Virus record (IMG/VR): IMGVR_UViG_3300049434_000028
Location: 1-64,000 of that record
Origin: a virus
Length of the DNA stretch: 64,000 nt
Reading direction: 5' to 3' (one strand)
Positions 26,033 to 35,569 of the stretch are shown here, piece after piece. The notes under the pieces were generated by a model, which searched no databases, had not been told where the DNA came from, and saw only the letters and a list, made by a program, of their open reading frames with translations. The stretch's first letter is position 1. Each line of letters opens with the position of its first letter. The position numbers and the translations under genes were made by a program.

Positions 26033-26077
26033 CTGGTGCTCCGATTCGTGGTCCGTGTCACCCCCCGGCAGTGGGGG

Positions 26078-26120
26078 CTTGTACATCCAGTATCCCAGAT
26101 GTGTCAAGCCCCCCTGCAGA
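26078..26120 (-). promoter_or_regulatory. promoter with upstream CTGCAG
   Basis: TTGACA-18-TACAAG (weak -10). Confidence 0.5.
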
Positions 26121-26127
26121 TGCGGTG

Positions 26128-26661
26128 TTACTGACGTCCCGTCAGCTTCTCCCGCACCTCGTCCTCCCGAACGCTGAGCCAGACCTGCACTCCGGTTCCG
26201 TCGGTCTTGCGGAACGCGTTGCCGAGAGTCGCTGCGTTCTTGTCGTCGCGGACGTAGAACTCCTTCGCGCCGACGATGCGGGCGACGCGCATGGCGAGCT
26301 GGAAGTAGTCGGCCGGGTAGCCCTCGGCCTGCTCCAGCTTGTCGAGGCCCTTGGCCATCTTGCGCAGGTGCTTGACCATCGCCTCGGCCTGCGCCAGCTC
26401 GACGGAGTGCACGTTGCTGTAGCGGTGCGACGGCCCCCAGAGCACGGGGTAATCGATGGCGCTGCTCTCGTGGCCGAGCCAGGCGCGCACGGTGTAGTCG
26501 GCCAGCTCGTAGCCGGTGCCGCTCCAGCGGTCGGTGGCGCTGAAATTGAGCAGCGTGCCCTTGTCATCGACGTGGCAGAAGTACGCCACGATCTCGGTGG
26601 TGAACGTGTTGCGCTCGACCTGGAACATCATCACCGGGGTGCGCTTGGCGGGACTGGTCAT
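26128..26661 (-). CDS. hypothetical protein
   Basis: 177 aa, AAGGAG SD. Confidence 0.75.
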   Translation of the reverse strand: MTSPAKRTPVMMFQVERNTFTTEIVAYFCHVDDKGTLLNFSATDRWSGTGYELADYTVRAWLGHESSAIDYPVLWGPSHRYSNVHSVELAQAEAMVKHLRKMAKGLDKLEQAEGYPADYFQLAMRVARIVGAKEFYVRDDKNAATLGNAFRKTDGTGVQVWLSVREDEVREKLTGRQ

Positions 26662-26703
26662 GGCGGTTCTCCTTGTGATCCGAGAGTTGTGGTCCGAGAT
26701 GGG

Positions 26704-27189
26704 TCAGGACAGTTGGTCGAGCAGGTCTTCGACGGCCGCACGCGCCTGGCGCAGGGCGTCCAATGCAGTAGAACTGTGCGTCTCAGCAATCAGATCGAGC
26801 GGGATGAGCTGGAGGTGGTGCAGGGCGATAGCCGCCTCACGGTAGGACCGAACGGGGGGCTTGGTGTGCTCGGGGAGCTTCACGTCGGCGAGCAGGGCGC
26901 TAGCAGCAGCACCCTTACGCTCGGTGAGGACACGGTCAATGGCGTCCATGCGCTCGTGGTGCGCGGCGACCTCGGCGGCCAACACCTCAGCCTTGCGGAT
27001 CGCGACCAGCGTGTCGTAGCCCTTGGGGGTGATGGTCGCGTAGTACCCGGTCCCCATCTGGGTGGCCAGCGTCACGAGGCGACGACGGGCGAGCGCCCTG
27101 TAGGTCGGGTAATCCCGGCCGCACTCAACGGTGTTGCCCTGGCTGATGTAGTTGAGGAGCCTGTGCTGGCGGTCGTTGAGCTTGTCCAT
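26704..27189 (-). CDS. hypothetical protein (possible winged-helix N-terminus)
   Basis: MDKLNDRQHRLL...TYRALARRRLV...ITPKG; GGAGG SD. Confidence 0.7.
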   Translation of the reverse strand: MDKLNDRQHRLLNYISQGNTVECGRDYPTYRALARRRLVTLATQMGTGYYATITPKGYDTLVAIRKAEVLAAEVAAHHERMDAIDRVLTERKGAAASALLADVKLPEHTKPPVRSYREAAIALHHLQLIPLDLIAETHSSTALDALRQARAAVEDLLDQLS

Positions 27190-27222
27190 GATGTCCTCCG
27201 AGCGGTGTGGTCCGGTCCCCTT

Positions 27223-27262
27223 AGTGTGGGGGTACACCGCTCGGTGCGCAAGCAGAACTGCA
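27223..27262 (-). promoter_or_regulatory. promoter with upstream TGCAG
   Basis: TTGCGC-17-CACACT. Confidence 0.6.
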
Positions 27263-27268
27263 AGATTG

Positions 27269-27415
27269 CTACAGACGACGTCCGCGACCACGTACGACGT
27301 CGGCGATGACCAGGATGATGCCGACGATCAGCCCGAGCCACAGCAGCTTGAACGCGAAGCCAAGCCCGAGGCAAAGGACGATCAGAAGGATCGCAAGGAT
27401 CAGCAGCGGGGACAT
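27269..27415 (-). CDS. 48-aa hydrophobic membrane protein
   Basis: MSPLLILAILLIVLCLGLGFAFKLLWLGLIVGIILVIADVVRGRGRRL. Confidence 0.65.
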   Translation of the reverse strand: MSPLLILAILLIVLCLGLGFAFKLLWLGLIVGIILVIADVVRGRGRRL

Positions 27416-27504
27416 CAGTGCAGGTTGCCGGTCACAGCGAGCACGATGACGACCGCAGCCACTGCGACCAGGGCGGCGATCATGATCTGCTGGAAAACGG
27501 TCAT
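27415..27504 (-). CDS. 29-aa membrane peptide
   Basis: MTVFQQIMIAALVAVAAVVIVLAVTGNLH; GAGGAG SD, TGATG coupling. Confidence 0.6.
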   Translation of the reverse strand: MTVFQQIMIAALVAVAAVVIVLAVTGNLH

Positions 27505-27518
27505 GGCGTTGCTCCTCG

Positions 27519-27920
27519 TTAGACGACGATTGCTGCTGAAAGTACCCCGGCGTTGGAGATTGATACTGCCCACCGGGAGCCGTTGGGGCTGAGCAGGTAG
27601 AACGACGTCGCGCCCGCGGCCGGGTACGGGGACGGCACCACGATGTCGATGTTGTCGATCGGCAGCTCGCCCTGGCCGGGCAGCGTGATCCCGAGCTTCA
27701 CCCGGCGCGGGTAGTCCAAGTAAATGTCGATCACCCCGCCGCTCGGTACGAACGGGTTGGCGTAGACGGTGCTGCCGGTGTCGCTGGTGTAGATCGGGGT
27801 CGGCGAACCGCCGTCATTGATCAGCGTGGTCGTGCCCGGCTCCAGCAGACGCACCGTCGGGGACTGGATGTCCCCCGACGCGTTGACCACCGGCAGGTAG
27901 AGATGTGCTCTCAACGTCAA
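27519..27920 (-). CDS. minor virion protein
   Basis: Last gene of the baseplate operon; ...ANPF...G.ID.YLD.P.RV; C-terminal LLSPNGSRW.VSISNAGVL. Confidence 0.65.
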   Translation of the reverse strand: MTLRAHLYLPVVNASGDIQSPTVRLLEPGTTTLINDGGSPTPIYTSDTGSTVYANPFVPSGGVIDIYLDYPRRVKLGITLPGQGELPIDNIDIVVPSPYPAAGATSFYLLSPNGSRWAVSISNAGVLSAAIVV

Positions 27921-30601
27921 GCTCCGTTCACGGTGTTCCAGTCGGGATAGCTTGCAAGCACGGAGGCCCACGTAGCCGGTGCTGTAGCCAGTGTCCCCCA
28001 GGTCTGGCTGGAACGAGCCCAGTCGATCTCAACGCTGCTACCGACCACCACGAGCGGCGACGGCGCCGGGTAGATGTCGTAGTTGATCAGCGCCCACTGA
28101 GGAATGAAGACGGGCTGCGCCGGGGCCGCAGTGACGAACGCCAGGGACTCCACGGTCTCCTCGTCCAGCCAATGCGTCTGCGGGTGCGGGAGGAACTGCG
28201 GGGCCAGCTCCAGGAGCCGCTGCTCCTTGATCCCACGACGGCTGTAGTAGTGCGACCGGGATGCGTTCGGCGTGCCCTCCCAGAGATACTCCACGCTGGT
28301 CGACGCGCTGTCGCCGGAGAAGTAGAACACCTCGTCGAACCGCCCCTTGATCAGCGCGACATGGCGGAACCGCACGGCGTCGAACGTGCTTGTAGCGGGC
28401 AGCGGGGGCATCGTCGGCGCGGGCGAGAACGGAGGCTGGTTGATGTACAGCACGCCACTACCCCCGAAGCTCGCAGCATTCGGGCCAGAGACCGGCAGCA
28501 GATCCGGCTGCGGGAGACGGGTCACCGCCAGAGTGCCCGTACCGCCGAGCACGCAGGAGTTGGCCGTCACCGGCTGAGTAGCGCGCAGCGGACCGATCGT
28601 GGCCTGGCGCAGGCGAGTGATGGCCACCGCGCCCTCGATGGCGGTCACCGAGCCGTCGGCGGGGACCGTGTACTGGAGCACGACGTCCTGCCAGGCCGCA
28701 GTGCCGACGTTGCCCTGGCTCACCGTGTCCGTGAGCCGGATGAGATCGGTGTCCTCGTAGTGGTACGGGTTCCCACCCACGCTGCCGGAGAACTGCCGCA
28801 GGTGCCAGACGACGTCCAACTCCACCGAGAACGGTGCGTCGAAGGGAACGCCGTCCTCGGCAATCGAGGCTGCGCGCATCTGCGCGAACAGCGTCACGGT
28901 CTCGCCAGGCTCTACCGGCACGCGCGGCGTCGTAGCTACGTAGCGGCGATCCCCCGCGCTCACCTGGTCACCGGAGGACCAGTGCAGCAGCAGACCATCG
29001 GTGCCCGCGCTCAGCCCCGCAGTGGCGCCGCGCCAATTCTGGATGCCGCCGATGCCGTTGGGGTTGTAGACCTCGTTGATCAGCTCGGCGAGCAGGGCGA
29101 TGAGAGCCTGGCGCGCGGGCTTGTACGGACCGGGTACGCCGAACGGCGCCACCTCCTCGAACTGTGCCCCATTCAGCAGCAGCATGGCGGTAGGCGTCAC
29201 CGCAGCGGTCACCGTGCCGGTCCCGCCCGTGGGCGCAGGAAGCAACGGCGAGGCGTCGCGGCCCGCCAGCGCGCCGATGAAGCTGACCGTCCACGGGCCG
29301 TTGTTCGGCTGTGGCAAAGGCGCGGTCACCTGGACGTTGCCGACCCCGATGCTCGGCAGACCTTCCAGCGCGCTCTGGACCTGCGCCGCGGTGGAGGAGG
29401 CCGCGATCGAGACGGTGGTGTCCGGCCCGTAGGTGAGGGTGAAGCTGGTCAGTCCTGAACCACCCTCAGTGATGAGCGTGGTCTCGTTGGAGACGACGCG
29501 CAGGGCCGCGTAACGTGCTCCCGGAGGAGCGATCGAGACGTTGGCCATTCGCAGCCAGCCGCCACCCGCCAGCGAGGTAGCCGAACCTGCGGAGGTGGCC
29601 ACCAGCTCACCGGCAATGCCGTACCAGTCGATGTGCACCTGCGCGGTGTTGCCGCCGTAGACGTACAGCGAGGCGGCATAGGTGCGCCCCTGGATGATGG
29701 GGATGGAATGCAGCCGTCCGGTGCGCCCATCCTTCGAGGTGGACAGCGAGAACGGGACCAGCGGGTCTGCAGGGATGACGGCGACGTAGCCACGCCCGTA
29801 CGGCGCAGAGAGCGCCGTAGTGTTGTTACGCACCTCCAGCGTGCAGCGATCGAGCATAGTGTCCCAGCGGCCGAAGGACAGGTCGGTGAGCGCATCCAGG
29901 TTGTCGAGCATCTTGTTCGGCCCGATCGTCACCGATGCATCCCAGTCGGTCAGGATGTTGGTGAGGTTCTCCAGCGCGAGCCGTTTGCCCTTGTCCTTGT
30001 ACAGCTCCACTGCGCCAAGCGCGAGCTGGCGACGAGCACGAGGGTTCAGCTCGGGCTCGGAGGTGAACCCGAGCTGGTTGAGCAGCGCGGGCAGCAGGAT
30101 CTCCGGCACGCTTCCGGCGTCCAGGTGCAACAGCTCGTCCAGCTCAGCGCGCGTCTGGTCCAGCTCGAACCCGAACAGCGTGAGGAACCGGTAAAGCGGG
30201 TTGGTCGGATTCGGAGTACCCGTCAGATTTTGAAAGCTGTCGAGCTTATACAGGTTGGGCAGTCGGTCCCACAGGGCGTCGACATAGCCGTGGTCCTTGG
30301 CCACGAGTACATCGGTGGACCCGGCATTGACCCATCCGTCATCGACGTCGACCGCGTTGAAGAAGAGCCCGTAGTAGTAGCGCTTCCCCGGCGTTACCAC
30401 GGAGTCGGTGTAGGTGTTGAGCGAGGTGAAGGAGGAGAGCACCACCACGCCGTCGTCCACCGAGATCGGTGCACCGTTGGAATTGCGGACCAGCCGAAGC
30501 TCGGTCCAGCCCGCGGTGATCCCCGCCCAGGAGAGCGCGACGACTCCGTAGTCGACGCAGACCGCTTGTGGGTCTGCGAAGTAGAGGGACGTTGGTGCCA
30601 T
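27917..30601 (-). CDS. baseplate wedge / tail protein I-like with carbohydrate-binding-like modules
   Basis: LWDRLP.LY, LYRFL.LFGFELD, LLP.L..QLG, LYKDKG; follows the baseplate J gene. Confidence 0.75.
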   Translation of the reverse strand: MAPTSLYFADPQAVCVDYGVVALSWAGITAGWTELRLVRNSNGAPISVDDGVVVLSSFTSLNTYTDSVVTPGKRYYYGLFFNAVDVDDGWVNAGSTDVLVAKDHGYVDALWDRLPNLYKLDSFQNLTGTPNPTNPLYRFLTLFGFELDQTRAELDELLHLDAGSVPEILLPALLNQLGFTSEPELNPRARRQLALGAVELYKDKGKRLALENLTNILTDWDASVTIGPNKMLDNLDALTDLSFGRWDTMLDRCTLEVRNNTTALSAPYGRGYVAVIPADPLVPFSLSTSKDGRTGRLHSIPIIQGRTYAASLYVYGGNTAQVHIDWYGIAGELVATSAGSATSLAGGGWLRMANVSIAPPGARYAALRVVSNETTLITEGGSGLTSFTLTYGPDTTVSIAASSTAAQVQSALEGLPSIGVGNVQVTAPLPQPNNGPWTVSFIGALAGRDASPLLPAPTGGTGTVTAAVTPTAMLLLNGAQFEEVAPFGVPGPYKPARQALIALLAELINEVYNPNGIGGIQNWRGATAGLSAGTDGLLLHWSSGDQVSAGDRRYVATTPRVPVEPGETVTLFAQMRAASIAEDGVPFDAPFSVELDVVWHLRQFSGSVGGNPYHYEDTDLIRLTDTVSQGNVGTAAWQDVVLQYTVPADGSVTAIEGAVAITRLRQATIGPLRATQPVTANSCVLGGTGTLAVTRLPQPDLLPVSGPNAASFGGSGVLYINQPPFSPAPTMPPLPATSTFDAVRFRHVALIKGRFDEVFYFSGDSASTSVEYLWEGTPNASRSHYYSRRGIKEQRLLELAPQFLPHPQTHWLDEETVESLAFVTAAPAQPVFIPQWALINYDIYPAPSPLVVVGSSVEIDWARSSQTWGTLATAPATWASVLASYPDWNTVNGA

Positions 30602-30613
30602 TCCGAGCCTCCG

Positions 30614-32404
30614 CTACAGGGCGCACACGTTGGGCGTAGCGAGGTACGGACCGTAGGCGGGACCGACATTCCCGTTGTAGGCCTGCACACGCATGGACAA
30701 GGTGACGGCATCGTCGTTGTTCGGGATGTCGAACTGGAAGTCGGAGAAGATCGTGGTGGGGCCGACAACCGTGCTGCCGACGAAGTTCCCGACAGTGTCC
30801 AGGTAGCGCACCTCCACATACCACTTCGTGTTGTCCGAGCCCGGCGACCAGGCGAGACCGATGCGCATCGAGGTCGGGTCACAGCGGAACAGCGTCAACG
30901 TGGGAATCGTCGTGGAGCCAGGCTGAGTGTCGGTGCTGGCCGACATACCCGCGGGGTCACCCGCAACGATGCCGCCGACTGCGTTGACCGCCAGCAGCGT
31001 TCCTGGCTGAGGGATCTCATTCGCCGACAGGAAGATGTCGGCGACGCCCCCCTCGCCACGACGAGAGAGCTGCGTCAGTGACGCGGCGTCAACGCCCGCG
31101 GTCAGGACGATCGCGGAGTAGATCTCCCCAACGGTGACCAGCTTGCCGAAGTCAACGTTGTCGAAGGCCAGGTACGAGGTGATCGCCGCCGCGACGTCGC
31201 TCTGTACCTGCGCCCTGGTGTACGCGGCGTTGACCGTGACGGTGACCGTGACGTCGATGTCGACGTAGGTCGGGCTGGCGGCCACCACATCCACGCCGAC
31301 GAACTTGCGGGAGGCCATGTAACTGACGACGTCGTTGAGCAGCCGCTGGCTGGGCTGGCCGCCGCCGAACGGCGCGACGAAGATCGAGACGTTGCTGTAG
31401 ACGAGCGCCTCGGAGTTGGCCTTCGCCACCTCGGGTACCTGCAACGCCAACGAGGCGTAGTCCTCCAGGGTGACCGCACGGTTGAGGGAGGTCAGCGAGC
31501 GCGGGGCGTTGGCCCGCACGGCATCAGTGCTCTCCGCGCTGGTGCCGCCGGTCGCCGCGTCGGGATTGGTGAGGGAGAGGACGCCGACGATAGGGCTGGC
31601 CATCTCCACGATCGTGTTGGCCGCGACGTTGCCGATCGCGCCGCCGCCAACGCGGTAGCTGGCGTAGATGGCCGCCGACAGCGGCGGGATCTTCCCGTTG
31701 ACGCCATCGCCAAAGGTGACCGTGACGACCCCGTTGGCGTCGATGGTGGTCGTGTAAACGCTGTCCGTCGGCCGGGCATCGACGAGGTTGGTGACGAAGC
31801 TCCAGGTCGACAGCGCTGTGACCGGCGACTCCTTGATCTGGATCTGAATGCTGGACTCGACGACCGGGATCTGTAGCAGCACGAAGGTCTGATCGACGTC
31901 GCCGGTAGCGATGCCGATCAGCTCCTGCAGCACCGCCTGACCCTGCGTCACGGACACCGATCCGGTAGCAGCGCCCGCGGGGATGTTCAGCGCGGTGTCG
32001 GTGGTGAAGATGACCGGCGTACTGCCGTTGGAGGTACTGGACCGGAGCACCGTCCCCGCGGGGATCGTGACCGCCGCGCCGATCGTGGTGGTGAAGGTGA
32101 CGCTGGTCGTGGAAGCGGCCGTGCCACGCGGCCGGTAGTTCAGCCCAGCAGCGATCTTCAGCACGCTGTCCCGCTGCGTCGCAGTGCCCAGGAACGCCTC
32201 GTTGGCCACGCGGTCGGTGTAGTAACCGAGGATGTCGCCCATCGTGGCGAACAGCTCGATCAGCACGATGCCGAAGTCCTGCGGACTCCGCGAGGTCCAC
32301 TCCGGAAGCCGCACGTCAATAGAGTCGATCATCTGCTGCCGGATCGCGGCGTAGTCCCGCGAGGTGTACTTAATCGCCGGGTAGGGCTGGTCCATCAGGG
32401 TCAT
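30614..32404 (-). CDS. baseplate J-like wedge protein
   Basis: YTSRDY..IR, DFG.VLIELFA..GD.L.YY.DR.ANE.FL.TA, RAVTLEDY. Confidence 0.92.
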   Translation of the reverse strand: MTLMDQPYPAIKYTSRDYAAIRQQMIDSIDVRLPEWTSRSPQDFGIVLIELFATMGDILGYYTDRVANEAFLGTATQRDSVLKIAAGLNYRPRGTAASTTSVTFTTTIGAAVTIPAGTVLRSSTSNGSTPVIFTTDTALNIPAGAATGSVSVTQGQAVLQELIGIATGDVDQTFVLLQIPVVESSIQIQIKESPVTALSTWSFVTNLVDARPTDSVYTTTIDANGVVTVTFGDGVNGKIPPLSAAIYASYRVGGGAIGNVAANTIVEMASPIVGVLSLTNPDAATGGTSAESTDAVRANAPRSLTSLNRAVTLEDYASLALQVPEVAKANSEALVYSNVSIFVAPFGGGQPSQRLLNDVVSYMASRKFVGVDVVAASPTYVDIDVTVTVTVNAAYTRAQVQSDVAAAITSYLAFDNVDFGKLVTVGEIYSAIVLTAGVDAASLTQLSRRGEGGVADIFLSANEIPQPGTLLAVNAVGGIVAGDPAGMSASTDTQPGSTTIPTLTLFRCDPTSMRIGLAWSPGSDNTKWYVEVRYLDTVGNFVGSTVVGPTTIFSDFQFDIPNNDDAVTLSMRVQAYNGNVGPAYGPYLATPNVCAL

Positions 32405-32919
32405 CCTCCGTCGGCAACAGTAGTGCTGATCGAGTCCTCGCTGGTGTCGAGACGCGTTGGTGCTGGCCGGTAGACCACCCGTACGTTGGTCTGGCCGTCG
32501 TTGTTGGCGTCCCGGCTCATCTCCACATCCGAGATCTCGATCTCGGGCGCGTACCGGACAGCCGCGTCCAGGATGTCGTTGGTGATGGTCTGGCCGAGCA
32601 GCGCGTCGTTGTTCTCGAACAGCAGCTCGCGGGTGCCGACCCCGTAGTCCGGCCGCATGGCGCGCTCGCCCGGCTGGGTACCGACCAGGGTGATCAGGTT
32701 CATCCGGTCGATCTCCACGATGTCCGACGAGAAAGCAATGCCACCCGTGCTGTCCACCCCGAACGGGATCCGTAGCTGGAGGTTCGGGGTCAGGACCGAG
32801 GTCGGCTGAGGAGCGGCTGCAGTAGGCGCAGGAGGCGCAGGAACGACCGGCGCAGCACCGTACAACGCAGTGTCGTAACGGCTCCCTGCGTCGTCGTAGA
32901 GCCCTGTCGTGCCCGGCAT
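32401..32919 (-). CDS. gp25/GpW-like baseplate protein
   Basis: PF...G.I...T.PGERAMRPDYG. Confidence 0.85.
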   Translation of the reverse strand: MPGTTGLYDDAGSRYDTALYGAAPVVPAPPAPTAAAPQPTSVLTPNLQLRIPFGVDSTGGIAFSSDIVEIDRMNLITLVGTQPGERAMRPDYGVGTRELLFENNDALLGQTITNDILDAAVRYAPEIEISDVEMSRDANNDGQTNVRVVYRPAPTRLDTSEDSISTTVADGG

Positions 32920-33869
32920 TACGCGGACACCACCGCGGCGATGTAGCTACCGATCTTGAGGATCGTGCCCGTGGCGCTGGACGTGCCCTGCGCAAAGCGG
33001 AGCTGAAGCGTGCCCCCCGACGCACCGCCCGTGGCGATGAACTCCTCGTAGACCGCGGACTCATTCGTACCGTCCGTGCCGTACGTGACCTCGGTGGCGA
33101 TCGGGTGTCGGCTAGTACGGATCGGTCCGGCAGTGCTGGCCGCCACGTTGCCTTGGGTGACGTCGGTGGTGTTCACGCTGGGACCGATGCAGAGACGCGA
33201 CGTGGAGGCCGTCACGGTTCCGGTCACCGCCCACACGGTGCGGGCATCGCCAGCCTGCGCACCAGTGAACCCCAGGTTGGCCTTCACGATGTAGGTACGG
33301 TTGGCCAGCAGCGTGACCACCAGGCTGGTGGCATTCGTGACCGTCACCGAGCTGGTCACCATCTGGTCGGCACCAGAGATCCCACTCGGCGAAACAGGGA
33401 TGTCGATGGTGGGGTTGCCCGCCACGCCGTCGCCGTTGGTAACCGTGAGCCGAGTCGACCCCGCCGTCAGCGTGCGGGTAGCGAACGCCGTGGCAGAGAT
33501 CCGAGCGGCCATACCGTTGGGGGTGAGCGAAGCCAGCGCCGACGGCGGGATGTTGGTCGCGGTGTTGCCGGTCGGCGCGGCGGCGGCGTAGTCCATCGAC
33601 TTGCCGGTGACGGTCTGCGCGTTGGTCGTCCCCATTACCGCACCGGTCGCACCGTGCACCGCAGTGCCAGCGATGTGTCCGGCGATCGTGGAGCTGTTGA
33701 TGGCCACCTTGTAGTCGAGCGAGGAGGTGACGGCCGAAGAGGTGGTACCGACCTTCGCCTGTAGCGCCTCGATGGCATCGAAGGCGTTGCCGATACGCGC
33801 CGAGTCCACGACGTCGTTGGGAGCAGGGTTGGTGAAGTTGTCCAGCCCCGCTGGGAAGGTGGTTGCCAT
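32919..33869 (-). CDS. tail fibre-like protein
   Basis: MAT.FP..LD.F, AIEALQAKVG, VTNGDGVAGNPTI. Confidence 0.65.
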   Translation of the reverse strand: MATTFPAGLDNFTNPAPNDVVDSARIGNAFDAIEALQAKVGTTSSAVTSSLDYKVAINSSTIAGHIAGTAVHGATGAVMGTTNAQTVTGKSMDYAAAAPTGNTATNIPPSALASLTPNGMAARISATAFATRTLTAGSTRLTVTNGDGVAGNPTIDIPVSPSGISGADQMVTSSVTVTNATSLVVTLLANRTYIVKANLGFTGAQAGDARTVWAVTGTVTASTSRLCIGPSVNTTDVTQGNVAASTAGPIRTSRHPIATEVTYGTDGTNESAVYEEFIATGGASGGTLQLRFAQGTSSATGTILKIGSYIAAVVSA

Positions 33870-33906
33870 GCGCTTCTCCTACACTGCCGGTAAGTCTGAC
33901 GGTACG

Positions 33907-34446
33907 TCAGTCAATCGTGAATATGACGTTGTTCAAGCTGACGAACCCACTGCTGGCAGTCGAGTCAGGCATGTTGACGTCCCCGTTGGTACTGACGTCT
34001 ATACGGACGCCTGTGTTGGTACGCGGGGACGTGTGCGTGTGTGCCGTGCCTGCGCTCGGCGTAGAGGTCGTGGGAGTGCTGCTGCTCGATATGCAGACGA
34101 ACATCTGGAGCGCGGTAGGTCTGAACCCCACCGGGAGGTTGAACATCACCGCCGTTGCCGGTGCCCCGTTATTGATCAAGCCCTTGCACATGACCGTGTT
34201 GCCGATCTTCCGGTAGGCCGCAGTGGCCCACCCGCTCCCGTAGTTCCCCCAGGTGTTCGTGAGCGTAGACGCGATCCATCCGGTGTCGACGATCTCGTTG
34301 CCCGTGACCCGAGACTCCACCCCCGCGGAGTTGCGCATGTAGAGATGCCCGTCGTCCCGAACGTAGACCAGTCCCTTGGTGGCAACAGCCGTCGGCGATG
34401 CCGACAGCACATCGAAGATGCCGATTCCCCCTACCCGCGTGGACAT
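33907..34446 (-). CDS. minor tail protein (paralog 1)
   Basis: DTGW...L.N.W.NYGSGW.TA.YRK...GLI...F.LPVGFRP. Confidence 0.75.
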   Translation of the reverse strand: MSTRVGGIGIFDVLSASPTAVATKGLVYVRDDGHLYMRNSAGVESRVTGNEIVDTGWIASTLTNTWGNYGSGWATAAYRKIGNTVMCKGLINNGAPATAVMFNLPVGFRPTALQMFVCISSSSTPTTSTPSAGTAHTHTSPRTNTGVRIDVSTNGDVNMPDSTASSGFVSLNNVIFTID

Positions 34447-35012
34447 CAGGCCTCCGCTACGAATCGAGCGGTGTCCAGATTGAAGTGGATCGGCGAGGTC
34501 ACGCTGTCCTGCTCGTAGTAGACGTTGCCGGTGGAGAGGATGGTCAACCGCGCGGTCTGGCCGTTGTCCTGATCGGCGTGAACGTGGCTGACCCCACCGC
34601 TAGGAGTAGTTGGGTTCGTATTCTGGTAGATGCTCCCAACAGCAACGGCGAACATGATGTGCTCGGCCGGTCGGAAGCCAACAGGAAGGGTGAAGAGCAG
34701 AACCGGAGCGCCCACAAAAGTGCCAGCGGCGATGAGCCCGCGAAGCAGCACGATGCCATTCTGCTTGCGGTACCCCGCGGTCACCCAGCCGCTGCCGTAG
34801 TTGGTCCATCCGTTCTGCAAGGAGGGCGCGATCCAACCCGTATCCGTGCGGTCGTTCCCGGTACACCGGAACTCGCTCCCAGCCTCGTTCCTGAGGTAGA
34901 GATGCCCGTTGCTCTTGGCGTACACCTGGCCGACATGGAAACCGGTAGGTGGAGCGGATGGCGAGACAGTGATCTCGTCCAGGATCATGATGCCACCGAT
35001 GCGCATGCTCAT
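34446..35012 (-). CDS. minor tail protein (paralog 2)
   Basis: Same motif set; start ATG 35012. Confidence 0.75.
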   Translation of the reverse strand: MSMRIGGIMILDEITVSPSAPPTGFHVGQVYAKSNGHLYLRNEAGSEFRCTGNDRTDTGWIAPSLQNGWTNYGSGWVTAGYRKQNGIVLLRGLIAAGTFVGAPVLLFTLPVGFRPAEHIMFAVAVGSIYQNTNPTTPSGGVSHVHADQDNGQTARLTILSTGNVYYEQDSVTSPIHFNLDTARFVAEA

Positions 35013-35569
35013 CCGAGCACCACTACCTTGATGTTCATCGTGACGTCGCACTTGATCGAGACGGTGTTAACGTCCACGTACTTCTCCGTTGCCCCGTAGT
35101 ACTTCTCGTTCGTCGTGGTGTCCCACACCTGGACCACCGGGTAGGCCGTGTTGTAGTTGTGCGGGATGTTGTAGGTGACGCCCGCGCTCGCAGTGAACGA
35201 CGGGACGAACGCCTTGCCGACAGCGTTCAGCGAGGTACGTGCCGAGAACGGCGTAGTCCCACCGGTTCCGCCCTGGGAGATCGGCAGGACATAGGTGGGG
35301 TTGATGTCGACCACCCCACCGACCACCGTGATCCGATCCGTACCTCGCATGGAAGAGCCGAACCACACCGGGCGATTCAGGTCACCGTCGGTAAAGGACG
35401 CGAGGATGGCGTCCCCCACTGCTGGAAGCGCGCCAGGCGTCGCCGGAGCAGCCCATTCGCTCTCCAGCAGCCCGAGCACCAGCGGGCAGAGGAACCGGAT
35501 CCTCAGCTTGTTCTGAGGGTCCGTCACGTTGGTGACGACAGCATTCATGATTCCCGCACGGTCAGGCAT
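35009..35569 (-). CDS. baseplate spike (gpV/gp5 OB-fold)
   Basis: V.NV.DP..K.RIR..CP...SEWA.P...LPAVGD...F.DGD.NRPVW.G. Confidence 0.85.
   Translation of the reverse strand: MPDRAGIMNAVVTNVTDPQNKLRIRFLCPLVLGLLESEWAAPATPGALPAVGDAILASFTDGDLNRPVWFGSSMRGTDRITVVGGVVDINPTYVLPISQGGTGGTTPFSARTSLNAVGKAFVPSFTASAGVTYNIPHNYNTAYPVVQVWDTTTNEKYYGATEKYVDVNTVSIKCDVTMNIKVVVLG

Noticed and set aside
21924-27504. Classical integron (recombinase plus cassette array)
   Set aside because: No repeated attC sites with RYYYAAC/GTTRRRY ends, the recombinase is too short for the IntI-specific insertion, and the genes have their own promoters.
30614-33064. 816-aa version of baseplate J, and similarly extended starts for polymerase, RuvC, tube and terminator
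   Set aside because: The extensions overlap real upstream genes; coupled internal starts fit better.
33907-35012. Diversity-generating retroelement template/variable repeat pair
   Set aside because: No reverse transcriptase in the window, and the differences are not adenine-specific.
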